A stretch of 64,000 bases of DNA, from positions 58,156,001-58,220,000 of the forward strand of contig OZ336874.1 in the NCBI GenBank assembly GCA_965287045.1, given 5' to 3'. The translations under genes and the position numbers were made by a program. This DNA is from Carcharhinus amblyrhynchos (lineage: Eukaryota). A model generated the notes under the pieces. It saw only the letters and a program-made list of their open reading frames with translations. It did no database searches and was not told where the DNA came from. Shown piece after piece: positions 25,320-36,770 of the stretch (position 1 is the stretch's first letter; every line of letters starts with the position of its first letter).

Positions 25320-26176
25320 CGGTAGGATTTTCATTGCGGGGTGGTGGCAGGTGCAGGTTTAATCAGGCCCACATACAGCAGATCCAGATTGGGGGTGGAC
25401 ACATGAGCAGCTGAATGCCGAGGTGAGTAGTTTCAAAAGGCTGACCTTGGTTCTCTTGGGACTTTGTGCCAAGACACGTACCAAGCCCTCTATACCCACC
25501 CTTCCACACATTCCACATGCCCATACATATCAACTCGAGCCAACCCATGGCTCTTATAGCCCAGTGTAACTTGGTGTTAGTTCATGCTCTCTATTCACCA
25601 CCCTTTTTGTCTTTAAGCCCTCCATGCCTAACCTATTCATCATGGGCAGACTTTGGGAGTTACGCTGAATTTAAATAAAGTACTACATATCTATTACAGG
25701 TTACACAATATTAAAAAAAGACCCATTCATGAAAGCCCATTCAATACATGTGAATCCCTTCAGGCACTTCCTTATAAATCAAACATTTATATTCATAACC
25801 CAACATCAAAGACAACTAATCCTTTAAGTGCCTCCTTGAGCTGTCAATCAAGAATTAATAGCACTAAATAACAGTATTAGGGTTATGTCAGCAAATCACT
25901 ATCGAAACTGCTAGAAGATATTTGTCCAACTCTCTGACATAAGCAGGCAGCTCATTGTTCAAAGTTTAAAAGACAAGCAAACAATTTAAATAACTTGAAG
26001 GCTTGACAGTTCTGTCTACCCTTCAAGAGCATTACGCTTCTTCTTAAAATTCATGACTCATGCACTTTAGGATTAAGCCCTTCCTGCAGCAAAAATGGGG
26101 TTTGTTTGAACTCGGCACTGATTTCGCATGGCCCTGCTGGATTTTGGTTTCCCACATGTGGGTGTAACATCCTGCG
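25320..26176. mobile_element. Non-autonomous DNA-transposon-like repeat (~0.85 kb)
   Basis: Imperfect TIR-like ends (ggtaggattttca / gtaacatcctgcg); internal similarity to 34409-35499 (ccctttttgtcttt...attcatcatgggcaga versus ccctttgtcttt...attcaccataggcaaa). Confidence 0.5.
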
Positions 26177-26237
26177 TTGTTTTTGAGTGGAGTGCTCAAA
26201 GGTTGACGGTTGTTACTGCTGTTGTTTCAGATTTACG

Positions 26238-26694
26238 TCTGTAACATAGATTCAGAAACTCATGTGAAGTAATCAATTTTTCAGATGTGATCACACTGTG
26301 GTGGGTAGGGTGGTGTTGGGGGAATAGTGGAATTATAAGGATTCAGCTCAAATTACAGAATGAATTGGAACAATATAAGTATGTAAGCAGAAATGACGAA
26401 GTGCTATATATATATAAAAAGGGCATCATGCACACTGCATGAATGGTGTTGAATTGCTAAGGCAGAAATTGAAAGAAACCTTTGGGCCTTGTTAGACTTG
26501 ACGCTAATCATCCCCAGTCAACAAAGGCAATAGAATTTGACCTACATTGCGAAAGCAGTAGAATTTTAATCGGGTAGTAATGATCAAACTGTATAGCATC
26601 CTGGTCCGATTACATCTTCTGTAATATGGATTCAGAAACTCCATGTAAAATCAATTTTGCAGATGAAATCACACCATGATGGGTGGAGTGGTGT
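26238..26694 (+). repeat. ~80-bp direct repeats (26238-26316 and 26618-26694) flanking a decayed CR1 fragment
   Basis: tctgtaacatagattcagaaactcatgt...ggtggtgt versus tctgtaatatggattcagaaactccatgt...agtggtgt; the spacer ends in MIKLYSILVRLHL (CR1 LYK.LVRPHL). Confidence 0.8.
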
Positions 26695-27229
26695 CTACTT
26701 CTAGGTGATAATATTCAATATCAAGAATGATGAACTAAACAGCAAACACAGCTATTGTGTTCAATTGTATGTGCCTGTTGACTGTTCTTGTGTTTGTCAA
26801 GCCTCAGTATGATTGCTGGCAACCAGAAACGAAGCTGTAAGCATAAGAGAACAAGCAATTTTAAAAGCACTGTATATAAAATTCCTGTTCAGAATAGTGA
26901 CTGGTGATATCTCTGCACATCTGAGGCACAAAATACAACAGCATCTCTAGAAAATACGGAAGGTGGCATCATATGGTGATTGCGCAGTTGTACACTTTCA
27001 AAGTGCGCTATATGACTTTGTTTTCTGGTTTAGAATGCAAAAAGAGATCTGTTCAGTTTGGCTTCACTGTGTTGGCATTGGTCAGAAAGATTTGGGTTTG
27101 TCTGAGGAATATCACTGAAAAACATATGTTACATAATTCACTGTGTTGTAACGTATCTCACTATTCACTGGATGTTTGACAACTGAATGCTGAAATTTGT
27201 CATTAATCAATTGTCATCTTCTTATCCAG

Positions 27230-27292
27230 ACAGAAATAGCGAAACGGCTGAATACAATTTGTGCACAAGTGATTCCCTTTCTGTCTCAGGAA
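27230..27292 (+). CDS. TLE1: TLE1-like Groucho co-repressor, internal coding exon (Q domain; about exon 5), 63 nt, TEIAKRLNTICAQVIPFLSQE
   Basis: Acceptor cttcttatccAG at 27228-29 and donor GTaagt at 27293; phase 0/0. The translation matches the TLE Q-domain segment. Too short for the ORF track. Confidence 0.95.
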
Positions 27293-27719
27293 GTAAGTCA
27301 ACTCATCGGACTGTTTAGTTGTTAACTTCCATTTATGTTCTGTGTTTAAGTTAGTTGACATTAGTGATGATTATTGTGAATACCTGTTACTGTTTTGGGC
27401 AGGCGTGTTTTCAAACGCAAGTTATATGCTGAATATTGCAGTTCACACCCTAATGTGCAGTGTAAAACTGAGGTGTCTAGCATCAGATTTTTGCTTTGTG
27501 CACTTGCCTTTGTTTAATTGTATTTCCTCAGAACTGTGCAAACATGACATTTCACCTTTTAAATTTACAATCATTTTTCATGAAAAATGATAGTTCTTCA
27601 TTTCTCATTCTCATCCATGGCCCAAAAAGAACTGTTAAGAACTAATTTGTATCCCTTGAACATCATATCCAAAATTGGTTGACTTTCCCTCCTCTTTCCA
27701 CTATGACCCTTATCCCCGA

Positions 27720-28090
27720 TTACATGTGAATGCACTTTCCTGCTGTGGAATGACTATACAGACCATTCCCACTTTGATTCCTGGTCTGTGCTGAATTAAT
27801 CAATCTCAATTGGGATATTGCTCAAATGCTACAATAGGCCTTAAAAAGTCTTAGTGATGAGTTGTTCAGTGGAGGAGTGATGAAAAAGGGACAAGCTGGC
27901 GTTCCTGTTGCTGATCGCCATCCAGTGACCTCTGCTGGGTATGTATGGTCGTTAAATAATGATACAACCTGATTTAGTTGAGGCCTCTGCTTACACTTAT
28001 TGTTGAGGCTCACACAGACAGAATGAGCATTTTGCTGAGATTACTCTTGGCGCATCTATGGTACAGCACATCGGCGTTAATGTGCGGCAC
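27720..28090 (+). mobile_element. Ancient SINE-like repeat
   Basis: gattcctggtctgtgctgaattaatcaatctc...gttcctgttgctgatcgccatccagtgacctctgctgg; a reverse-oriented relative lies at ~62270-62440. Confidence 0.45.
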
Positions 28091-28255
28091 TGCATAACTT
28101 TCAATTTTTTTCTAGTTTGACATATTTTTCATTTTAGTACAACATTAATATAATGATAAATGAAGTAAACTTAATGTATATTTCAGTTTTTAAATGCACT
28201 AAGATTTAGTTAAAGATTAGCAATTTAACACAAGCATCTTCTTTCTGTGAATGAG

Positions 28256-28330
28256 CACCAACAACAGGTGGCACAGGCTGTGGAACGCGCAAAGCAAGTG
28301 ACCATGGCAGAGTTGAACAGCATCATCGGG
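28256..28330 (+). CDS. TLE1: TLE1 coding exon (Q domain end; about exon 6), 75 nt, [25 protein letters not shown]; optional 30-nt extension to 28360 ([10 protein letters not shown])
   Basis: Lies within ORF 28247..28492. Acceptor ctttctgtgaatgAG; donors GTacgt at 28331 and GTgtgt at 28361; in frame with both flanking exons. Confidence 0.95.
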
Positions 28331-31300
28331 GTACGTGGGCTTCCCAGTCTGCCTCTTACAGTGTGTATACCCATCTTATTCACTTACTTTCAATTGTATA
28401 TTTGTGTGTGTTGGTGCTTTAGGGTAATATGCTTTATGTATGCAAGAACAGTTACATCTTCATTACGTGAAGTATTAGGATTTTGTACATAAGATGATTT
28501 TGTCCTGAATGCTGTCTAAATGGACATCTGTCAATAAACTTTAGCAATTGTATTTTCTAATGGGCATTCAAATTTAACCAGTCAGTATGCCTCTGACCAA
28601 GTCATTTTCTTACGTCTCTTCTATATACTTACGACTGAAGTATCATGTCCAGACTGTCAGTCTCATAATTCTTGTCAAATGAGCCATGCAAATACTGATG
28701 CTTCTGCGTTCTCTTCCTTCCCTCAATATATTAGCAATCAGAAATGAGTGTTGAAAATCTTGATGTTTTCTGTCTTGCTGGAACAATCCACTGTCAGAGG
28801 TTGTCCTCTTTTAATTTTCTTCACGCATGAAAGGATTTAGCAAATTCAAATTACTCATTTATCAATTTATGTTAATTGCTCGTGTGAAGATGCCCTGCTG
28901 ATTTTTATAGTTCTCTGAGACACTTTGTAATGATAATTAGGCATGCCGTTGTAAGGATTAACTGGCAAAGACCAATGACATCTTTAGACAAAGAGACCAG
29001 TTAATCCATCTGGGCTCAAAATTACATTCCGACTGGAGATTGAAAAATAAAAGCTGTGGATTAGTGCTGATAAAAGAATTGGACACAGCTTGAAAAGTTT
29101 TCTTTCATCAGTTTCTCAGTTGTAGATCTACAGTCAGTTTGCTTCTGGTAAACTATTGGCAGGCAATTAAGTGAAATAAACTAGTAGGGTGACCTTCATT
29201 TTCTCTCATGATTTTGTCCCAAAACAGCATCCATGTGATTATTTATAGAGTACAGTTTTTGTGCTGTTTTACATGTATGACTATTGAGCCTGACATTAAA
29301 CGTAAATCTTCCCACACATTCCTCTTACGTTCTAACCCTCCTTCCTCACCTGTGCTCTTTTCCCTTTATCCCCATCACCTCCCTTTAACCTACTTCAGTC
29401 TCATTTTATTAGAACTACAAGTCTTTTTTATGTTCGTGTCATCCCATGCTTGTCCCAAATTGATTTTATGCCCTCCATGAAAGCACAGACTCTTGTAATA
29501 AGTTATGTTTGCATACTCCTGATTCATAAGCAATGCTGTGCCTTTAAAGATACGGACAGTCGACTTTTGCGTGAGCTGAAGAGTAGAGGTGGAGGTAGGC
29601 ACTCTTTGTGATGGAGATGGCATAAAGTTAGATACTGAACTCTTAACAGGAATTCACAGTTGCAAACAGTGTGATTAAGCCTGAAATGGTAATCAGGGAG
29701 TGGAAGTAGGTGATATCCAGCGTATGAAGTTTCTGCTAGGAGCCAGATGATGTTGGCTTTTATCTTCCTAATATTTAACTGCAGAAAGTTGCTGCTTATG
29801 CATTAATGGATATCTGACAATGCCTGATTTTACTGTCACTGTGCAAGGCACAGAACTGGGAAAATCTCCCATAATGTTTCTTTCCTGATGTGATGAGATA
29901 TAAACAACTGATATTAAAGAACAACATTCCATAAATCTGTTTACTTCCCCACCCCAAGTCAAAATTAATAATTAGCACCAACTTCAATAGATTGATAAAT
30001 TGGCATCATTTTTTAATCTTGTGCTTATGCTCAGCTGTAAATGTAGTCGTAATTCATTCTTTTCAGTTCTGTGCCTAATTTTGAAGAACAAACACCTCAA
30101 AACATCCATTCTGCCATTTCTGAACAGTGTGTTTTGAGAAGAACTGGTTTTAATTCAGAAAACAGTAAAATATCCTTCTGAACTCAATTATCAAGACCTT
30201 AAAAAAAAATCCAAAATTGCCTGCTGAGTAACACGGAAGCTTTATGAATCCTGTTCCACTCTGTTCTTTGTTCTATATCTCTGTCAAAAATCAGATAGCA
30301 TTTTCATAATTATCCCGTGTAGTATAATTAGATTCATGCTTTGACACATGCATCATTTTACTTGAAAAGGAACTGGTGTATCCTGACGAACCAGAACAGC
30401 ATAAAATTGGGCTGACAAATCTCAGGACCTTTGCTCCATCATTGAACATGCAATGTGTCAACCTGTCTCCCAAGGGGAAACAGACAACAGAAGTCTATCT
30501 ATTTGTATTAACAGCAGCTGCACTGCAAATAAATGCTGATCCATTTTATGGCAGCTGCCTGCATTGCGAAGGGACATGACCTAGTGTAAAGGACAATGGG
30601 GGTCATGCACTAAAAAACACCGATAATCATACTAAGAATAGATTAAGCAAAAGTTCTGGCAAAGCTTTTTTTCAGAAGGACCAAAGTTCCTTCGATTAGT
30701 AGAGAATCCAAGCTCCTAAACTGCACTTCCTTTTAGACTGGTTCCATTTCTCTCTCCTAGCAGACTAAACATTCATTTTGTGACTGTTGCTAATGATAAG
30801 CAGCTTGATTAGCAATTTTTACAATTAATGTACAGACAAATCCCTAAAAACGTTAATAGAATTTAACTAGCATTGTTATGTAAAATTAGGCATCCTGTTC
30901 TTCATGAAAGAAGATATCATGATTGGATTTGATGAAGGATTAATAGATGTTGGTGTACTTTCCCTAGCCTTCTGCCACCCATCCCCACATGCTTGCTGGC
31001 CCTATGTTCCTCAGTTGTAATAGCACCTTGCTATCTGTATTGTGATGAGATTCAAGAACAGAGTTAACCTGTTGTAGGTTTATTCTGCAGAGTAATCAAT
31101 CTTCTGAACCATAAATAACCAGACTGAGGGTGTGTGATGAGGACAATACTAAGCAGTTGTGGCAAGAATTGCATTTATATTTTTAAAAAGACATTTGGCT
31201 TTGTAAGTACCCGATCGACAATGCATAATGGTTTGCTAGTGAGTGGTGTTTAAGGGGATGGGGGTGTGGAAGGAATGAAGCTAGGGAAAAGAGAAAGAGG

Positions 31301-34300
31301 AACTGAAGTTTGCTTGTAAATCTGGTTTATTTTGTTTATTTGGGTTGTTCAGTGCAGGCTGAATGCTTGAAGAAAAAACGTATGAACACTTAAGGCACCA
31401 AGACTACTTGCAGTGTGTTTAAGAGAATAGATGATGTCCAGTGGTGAATTGCTCTTAATTACATTAAACAAATTCACAAGCACTGAAATCTTGTTAGAAT
31501 GTTCTACTCCCTTCATATTTCCCATTGTAGTTTTTTAAATAAGGTTGAACATAATTATTCCCATTCCCAACTTTAGAATGGATGGAATGCTAGTTAAATG
31601 AAGGATTTGTTATTGCTCATTTGACTTCCATGAAAAGTCTATTTTTAAAAGCTGATTGTGAAAGCAGTGAATTTTGCAAAATTTGGAATCTTGTAAGTTA
31701 AAACCAACTGAGCACATGTTTTTGACATCAGTCACTCAAAATGCTTTTGGGAACTTCTTTTAATTTTATGGTTCCTGGCTCATGCAATAATGCAAAATTA
31801 ATTTGTCTCTCTTCTGTATAATGATTAGCAGGGACAGTTGTATTTCCTATTTGTTTCAAAAAAAAATTGTACCCAGACTTCTGAGTTGTGCATTCTAATG
31901 ATTTCTGCTAGTGCCTGGTTGCTTCATTTCTCATTTTCCTTTACCTACCTTTCTAATCTGTATGCTTGGTCAGTGATGCAACTGCAATCGTCTAGTAATT
32001 TGTAAGAAAAAGGAAGACTTTGATTAGACCTGATGGCCAAGTTCAATTAGCTTATTTTTGCTTATCCGATTCCTGCAATCCTGACCTTTTTTGAGATAAC
32101 ATTTTAGGCTCTCTTTCTTTACATTTTACCCCTCCCCGAAATGAGCAAGGAAAGTGTTGGTTATTGTGTTTTGTGTATAGGGTTGTGCATTTACTAGGTT
32201 TTTTTTAGTTCTTAGGACATGGGTGTGACCCATTCCTTCATGGTTGCCTTGAAGGCATTGAGTCCAGACCAGGTCAACTTTACAAACTTCTCAAATTTCT
32301 TCAGGAATCACTTGGGTTTTTACAATTAGCAGCTTGAGGGTCTTTTTCTGGAACTAACCAACAATTTATCAGGTATAAAACTAAATTCAGTATATTTCCC
32401 AAAGCAAAATTTGAAGTTAAATGCTCTGAGTAGCTAGTCCAGAGCCACAGTCACTGGGCTACCATACCTTTGTTGTATCAAGTGGGCAAATATGTATTTT
32501 AAAGTCACTTAATGCAGAAATCTGCAGTGTATGTAATATTTTGATACCTGGGTATATTAATTTTTTTAAAAACTGTTCCTTCCAACCACTAAGTTTTTTT
32601 TTGTCAAACCATCAGTTGATCAAGATTTGCATCTTGGCATCTGACAAACCCAGTGTCTTGTGTGAGCAGCATAAATTGCCGTTTTTGCCTGTGATCAGAC
32701 TGGGTACTGCAACACCACTTCCTTTCCAAAAGTGTTTCCACAGTATAAACATGAAAAGCATTTGAATAGCCTCCAAACAGTTGCTTTCAGCAGACTGTGG
32801 TACTAAGTTCAAGTGGTCTTATTTTGTACTGTTTGCCTGGTAGTTCAAATAGAAACTTGCCAGCTGTCTTGAATATTTGAAATCTGAGTACTGTGAACCA
32901 TTATTTAATTCTGCACCTCCAGTAACCTAAATGCTGGTTGGACAGAATTAATCCTATTATCCCCAATTCAACTGGGGAGACAAATTAGCCTAATGCACTT
33001 GGTGTTTGCAATGTAAAGTTTTGTTCTTCTTGAGTTCTACTGCTGAAGGGTTATATGTCCACATTTTAGTTATTTTTATAAAGCCTGTTGTTAATTGCTG
33101 TCAGTCAGCTGCCTGTACATGCATCACTGCTTCTTCGAAAGAAATTGGACACACCACTTAAGTAGTGCAGTAGTAGTTGTAACTGGTAATAGGACAAAGT
33201 TGATACTTGGGTTGCAATGAACATGCTTCTAATGGCAAGTGTCCAATTTTTAATTAAGTGCTAATAAGCATGCCTGGTGGACCATAATGCAGACATCAAG
33301 ACAGAGCTGGGCATCTCTGCCCTCCTGCCACACCCCCCCTCCCCCCACCACTCCCTGCACAAGCTTGTTGCCTATCACTCAAATTCCCAATCAAAATGGG
33401 TGCAAAATGAATTATATTAATGTGCTTCAGAAAATGTACTGTGTCAGTGTTCTGGTATGGAGTTTTAAAGAAATCATTTCGATATTGTGATCTCATTCAA
33501 CTTTGTTTTAAAAGCCATGTATATTGCAGTAAGATTCACAGACTTCTGTGGAGGAAAAAAATTGGAAGCAGATTTTGTCTACATTGATGCCTTTAGTTTA
33601 ATGGGCTGTTACTATTGTGTGCTATGTTATGTTTTGTATAGCTATATTTTTTGTGAAAAAACTCTACATTTTATTGCATGTTGCAACCTGTTGTTTTGTG
33701 TTCTATAAGTAACGGGATAGTGTTTCTGCAGTGGGTATGAACAATGACTTTGGTACAAATTGCATCTGTTTTGAGATGTGTTTCTTCACCGGCCTTCTGT
33801 TGACTCATTTACATATCACCAAGCACGATATCTACTATAAACCAGCAAAACTGGGCATTAAAATGTCATTTTTAAAAATATAGTAACTCAGTAAAAATCC
33901 AGTTACCGCTCAAATGGGTTGTCACAAAAAGCAATCAGTATAAATCAACCACCTGTGATAATTATTCTAAACTATTGAAAATAACAAACAAAAACTAGCT
34001 AGATGGGGGTACAAAATCATTCAAACTATATCTGTTAGTGTCCTTGCATCCAATGGTTCCTTTCTTTTAAAAGAGCCTCCTTGTCACTGGGCTAGTAATT
34101 CAGAAGTCCAGTCTAATGCTCTGTGGACATGGGTTCAAATCCCTGCAACGCAGTAGATGGTATTAAACTCAAATTTATTTGCACCCTCAAATTACTTTTT
34201 AAATTGGCTCCACCTTTTTTTTGCAGATCAACACCAGTAAGCTGGATTTAATGTTATGAAGATTCTTAATGAGGGAGCCAGATTTGGCATAAAGATGATT

Positions 34301-34408
34301 ATTTAGATCCTGGTCTCCCAGAAACTAAGTTGAAATCAAACCAACATAAAAATCTGTGTAGGAACTTTTTAATTCATTTGTGCAATTTAAATAAAATCAT
34401 TAACATTA

Positions 34409-35499
34409 GGGCCCAGATTGTCCCCCTCCATTCGGGAGCACAGAGACCAAACATGTCGAGCGTGGACCAACCCAACACTGGGGGGAAAAAAGAAGTACAG
34501 TAGTTTGAATTTTCATTCCAGAGAGACGGTCTTGACTAGAAGTCAGAACAAATTTGGTAGCTGCTGGCTGCGGATGCAGGCTTGGCAGAAAGCTGCCTCG
34601 TGTCAAGCACTTTAAATGCATTAAAAAATGAACCAAATAAAACCAGCCCTCACACATTCTCCATTCCACCTCATGACCTGAAAATCCCCGTACTCCTTGT
34701 ATCTCCTATGCCAACTTTGTGCCACACCATGCCTCTAAGTATGCTACCCTTTGTCTTTCTCCCTCTGTGCCAATTCATTTAATATTCACCATAGGCAAAA
34801 CTCAGGAATCATGCTGACATAAAATAATGTGCCTATTGATGTCGCTATTTTAAAATCTCATTTAAAAAAAGCACATTGAAATTGCTTTGACTAATCTCTT
34901 ACGAAAACAAATATTTTTATTCTATAATCACTTGGGGTTGTCTAAATCAAACTGCTTACTTAAAAGGCACCATACTGTGATAATGCTAGGTTGTTAAATT
35001 AGTCATGTAGCACAAATCATATAATAACCTTCCAGCATATATTAACAGACAGTGAAATATCAAGCACTGATTTTTTTTTTTAGAACTCCACATCTTTTTA
35101 AGAAAATACACAAATAAAGCCTCGCAGACTTAAATCCCTTGACAGCTTTGACAAATTTCAATGAGCTTTGAGAGTTTGTTGATAGCTTGGACAGTTCCAA
35201 TGAATTTATGCATTTTAATACATCATTATTACTTTTAACAATCCCAAAGGATGTCTTAAATCTAAGTGTTCTTGATTTGTATCCAAAGTGCTACCATACC
35301 TCATCAAAAGGGTACCTGGTATGCAAGCAAATTCACAAGGATAAGACCTGGTCTTGCTTGGTGTGTATTCTGCATATTTCCAGTTTTGGATACCTAATCA
35401 CATGGGTGGGAGCAGCTGCTGATTATTATGAGCTGCTGCATACATGAACCAGGAATGTGTTCAGAGACTGCCCCAATTCCCCCTGTGAAAATTCGGACG
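34409..35499. mobile_element. Non-autonomous DNA-transposon-like repeat (~1.1 kb), same family as 25320-26176
   Basis: Starts gggcccagattgtcc and ends near gtgaaaattcggacg; shares internal blocks with 25320-26176. Confidence 0.5.
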
Positions 35500-36043
35500 T
35501 TGAGTATGGGAGCACGGCCTCTGATCGGACCGCTGCTGGCATTTTTGCAGCGAGCATCTCCATCTGCACAAAGATTGAAGCCTCAGTTCGTATTTTCTTG
35601 CTCTAGAATCACCCTAATGCAGCTGTAGTCCAAGTGGAGCTTTTGGAATGGATAAGAGTCAAAATTCAAGTCTGAATATTAAATGTCGGACTTCGCAACT
35701 GCTCAAATAAAACTTATAATATTTCAAAGTAGACTAAAAAGCCGAAAGCAAACTTTGTATCAAACTTTGTGACTTCATTACTGGCAGCGTGTGATTGCAT
35801 CCAGTCGAGACCGCAAATCTGTCACTGTTAACATGTGAATGTTAATCCATTATAGGTGAGGAAATTGAGCAATAGTATTTTGTAACTGCTGTGTTAATTC
35901 TTCTTACTTAAGTGAAAAGTTTACTTTATATTTGTTGCTGAACTTTGTACAGAGAACTTCTTGCTGAAATAACTATATTTTGTTGTCTTCTCTCCCTGTT
36001 TCTTATTTTGCTGGTAAATTATGGTGACCTTTAATATGGACAG

Positions 36044-36248
36044 CAACAGCAACTTCAGGCTCAACATCTGTCTCATGGCCATGGACCTCCAGTGCCTCTC
36101 ACTCCTCACCCTTCAGGACTTCAGCCTCCATCAATCCCCTCGCTTGGTAACAGTGCAGGTCTTTTGACGTTATCCAGTGTTTTGGGTGGACAGCCCCACC
36201 TTTCTATGAAAGATGATAAGAAGCACCATGAATCGGACCACCACAGAG
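36044..36248 (+). CDS. TLE1: TLE1 coding exon (GP domain; about exon 7), 205 nt, [29 protein letters not shown]...[13 protein letters not shown]
   Basis: Acceptor ggacAG at 36042-43 and donor GTgaga at 36249 (phase 1). ORF 36092..36274 contains the typical TLE GP sequence. Confidence 0.95.
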
Positions 36249-36674
36249 GTGAGAAGCAAGGCAGGCCTGATTAGAAACTTATCGTGAATTTCAGTCTGCT
36301 CACAGCTAGGTTCTTTCTATAGGTTTCAAAGTCAATACAAGATGCAAAAAAAAACCCCATAATTAACCAATTGCCGAAACAATCAGTTTTTCATTTAATC
36401 AAAGATTTAAATTGAATGTCATCTTCTGAATTTTACAAAAATGGTTTCCTGTGCTGTATTATTACCCATAATACAAATGCTACCATTTTGTTGGTTGTCT
36501 ACATTATAATGAGCAGTATTGCAGCACAACTCATTTTGAAATAGGAGCATTGGACAACTCCTCCCTTAAGGGGAAGCTGGAGGGACGATTATGATGATTT
36601 GGGTCCCATTCCAAACTTGTTTCTCGATGTCATTTGTGCCATCCTGCATTAATGCAGCAAATGTTATAATTATC

Positions 36675-36770
36675 TCATAGAACCCCTACAGTGCAGAAGG
36701 AGGCCATTTGGCCCATCAAATCTGCGCCGACCACAATCCCACCCAGGCCCTATTCCCATAACCTCACACA
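36675..36770 (-). mobile_element. HE1 SINE / HER1 3' tail fragment
   Basis: catagaacccctacagtgcagaaggaggccatttggcccatc...acaatcccacccaggccctattccc. Confidence 0.75.
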
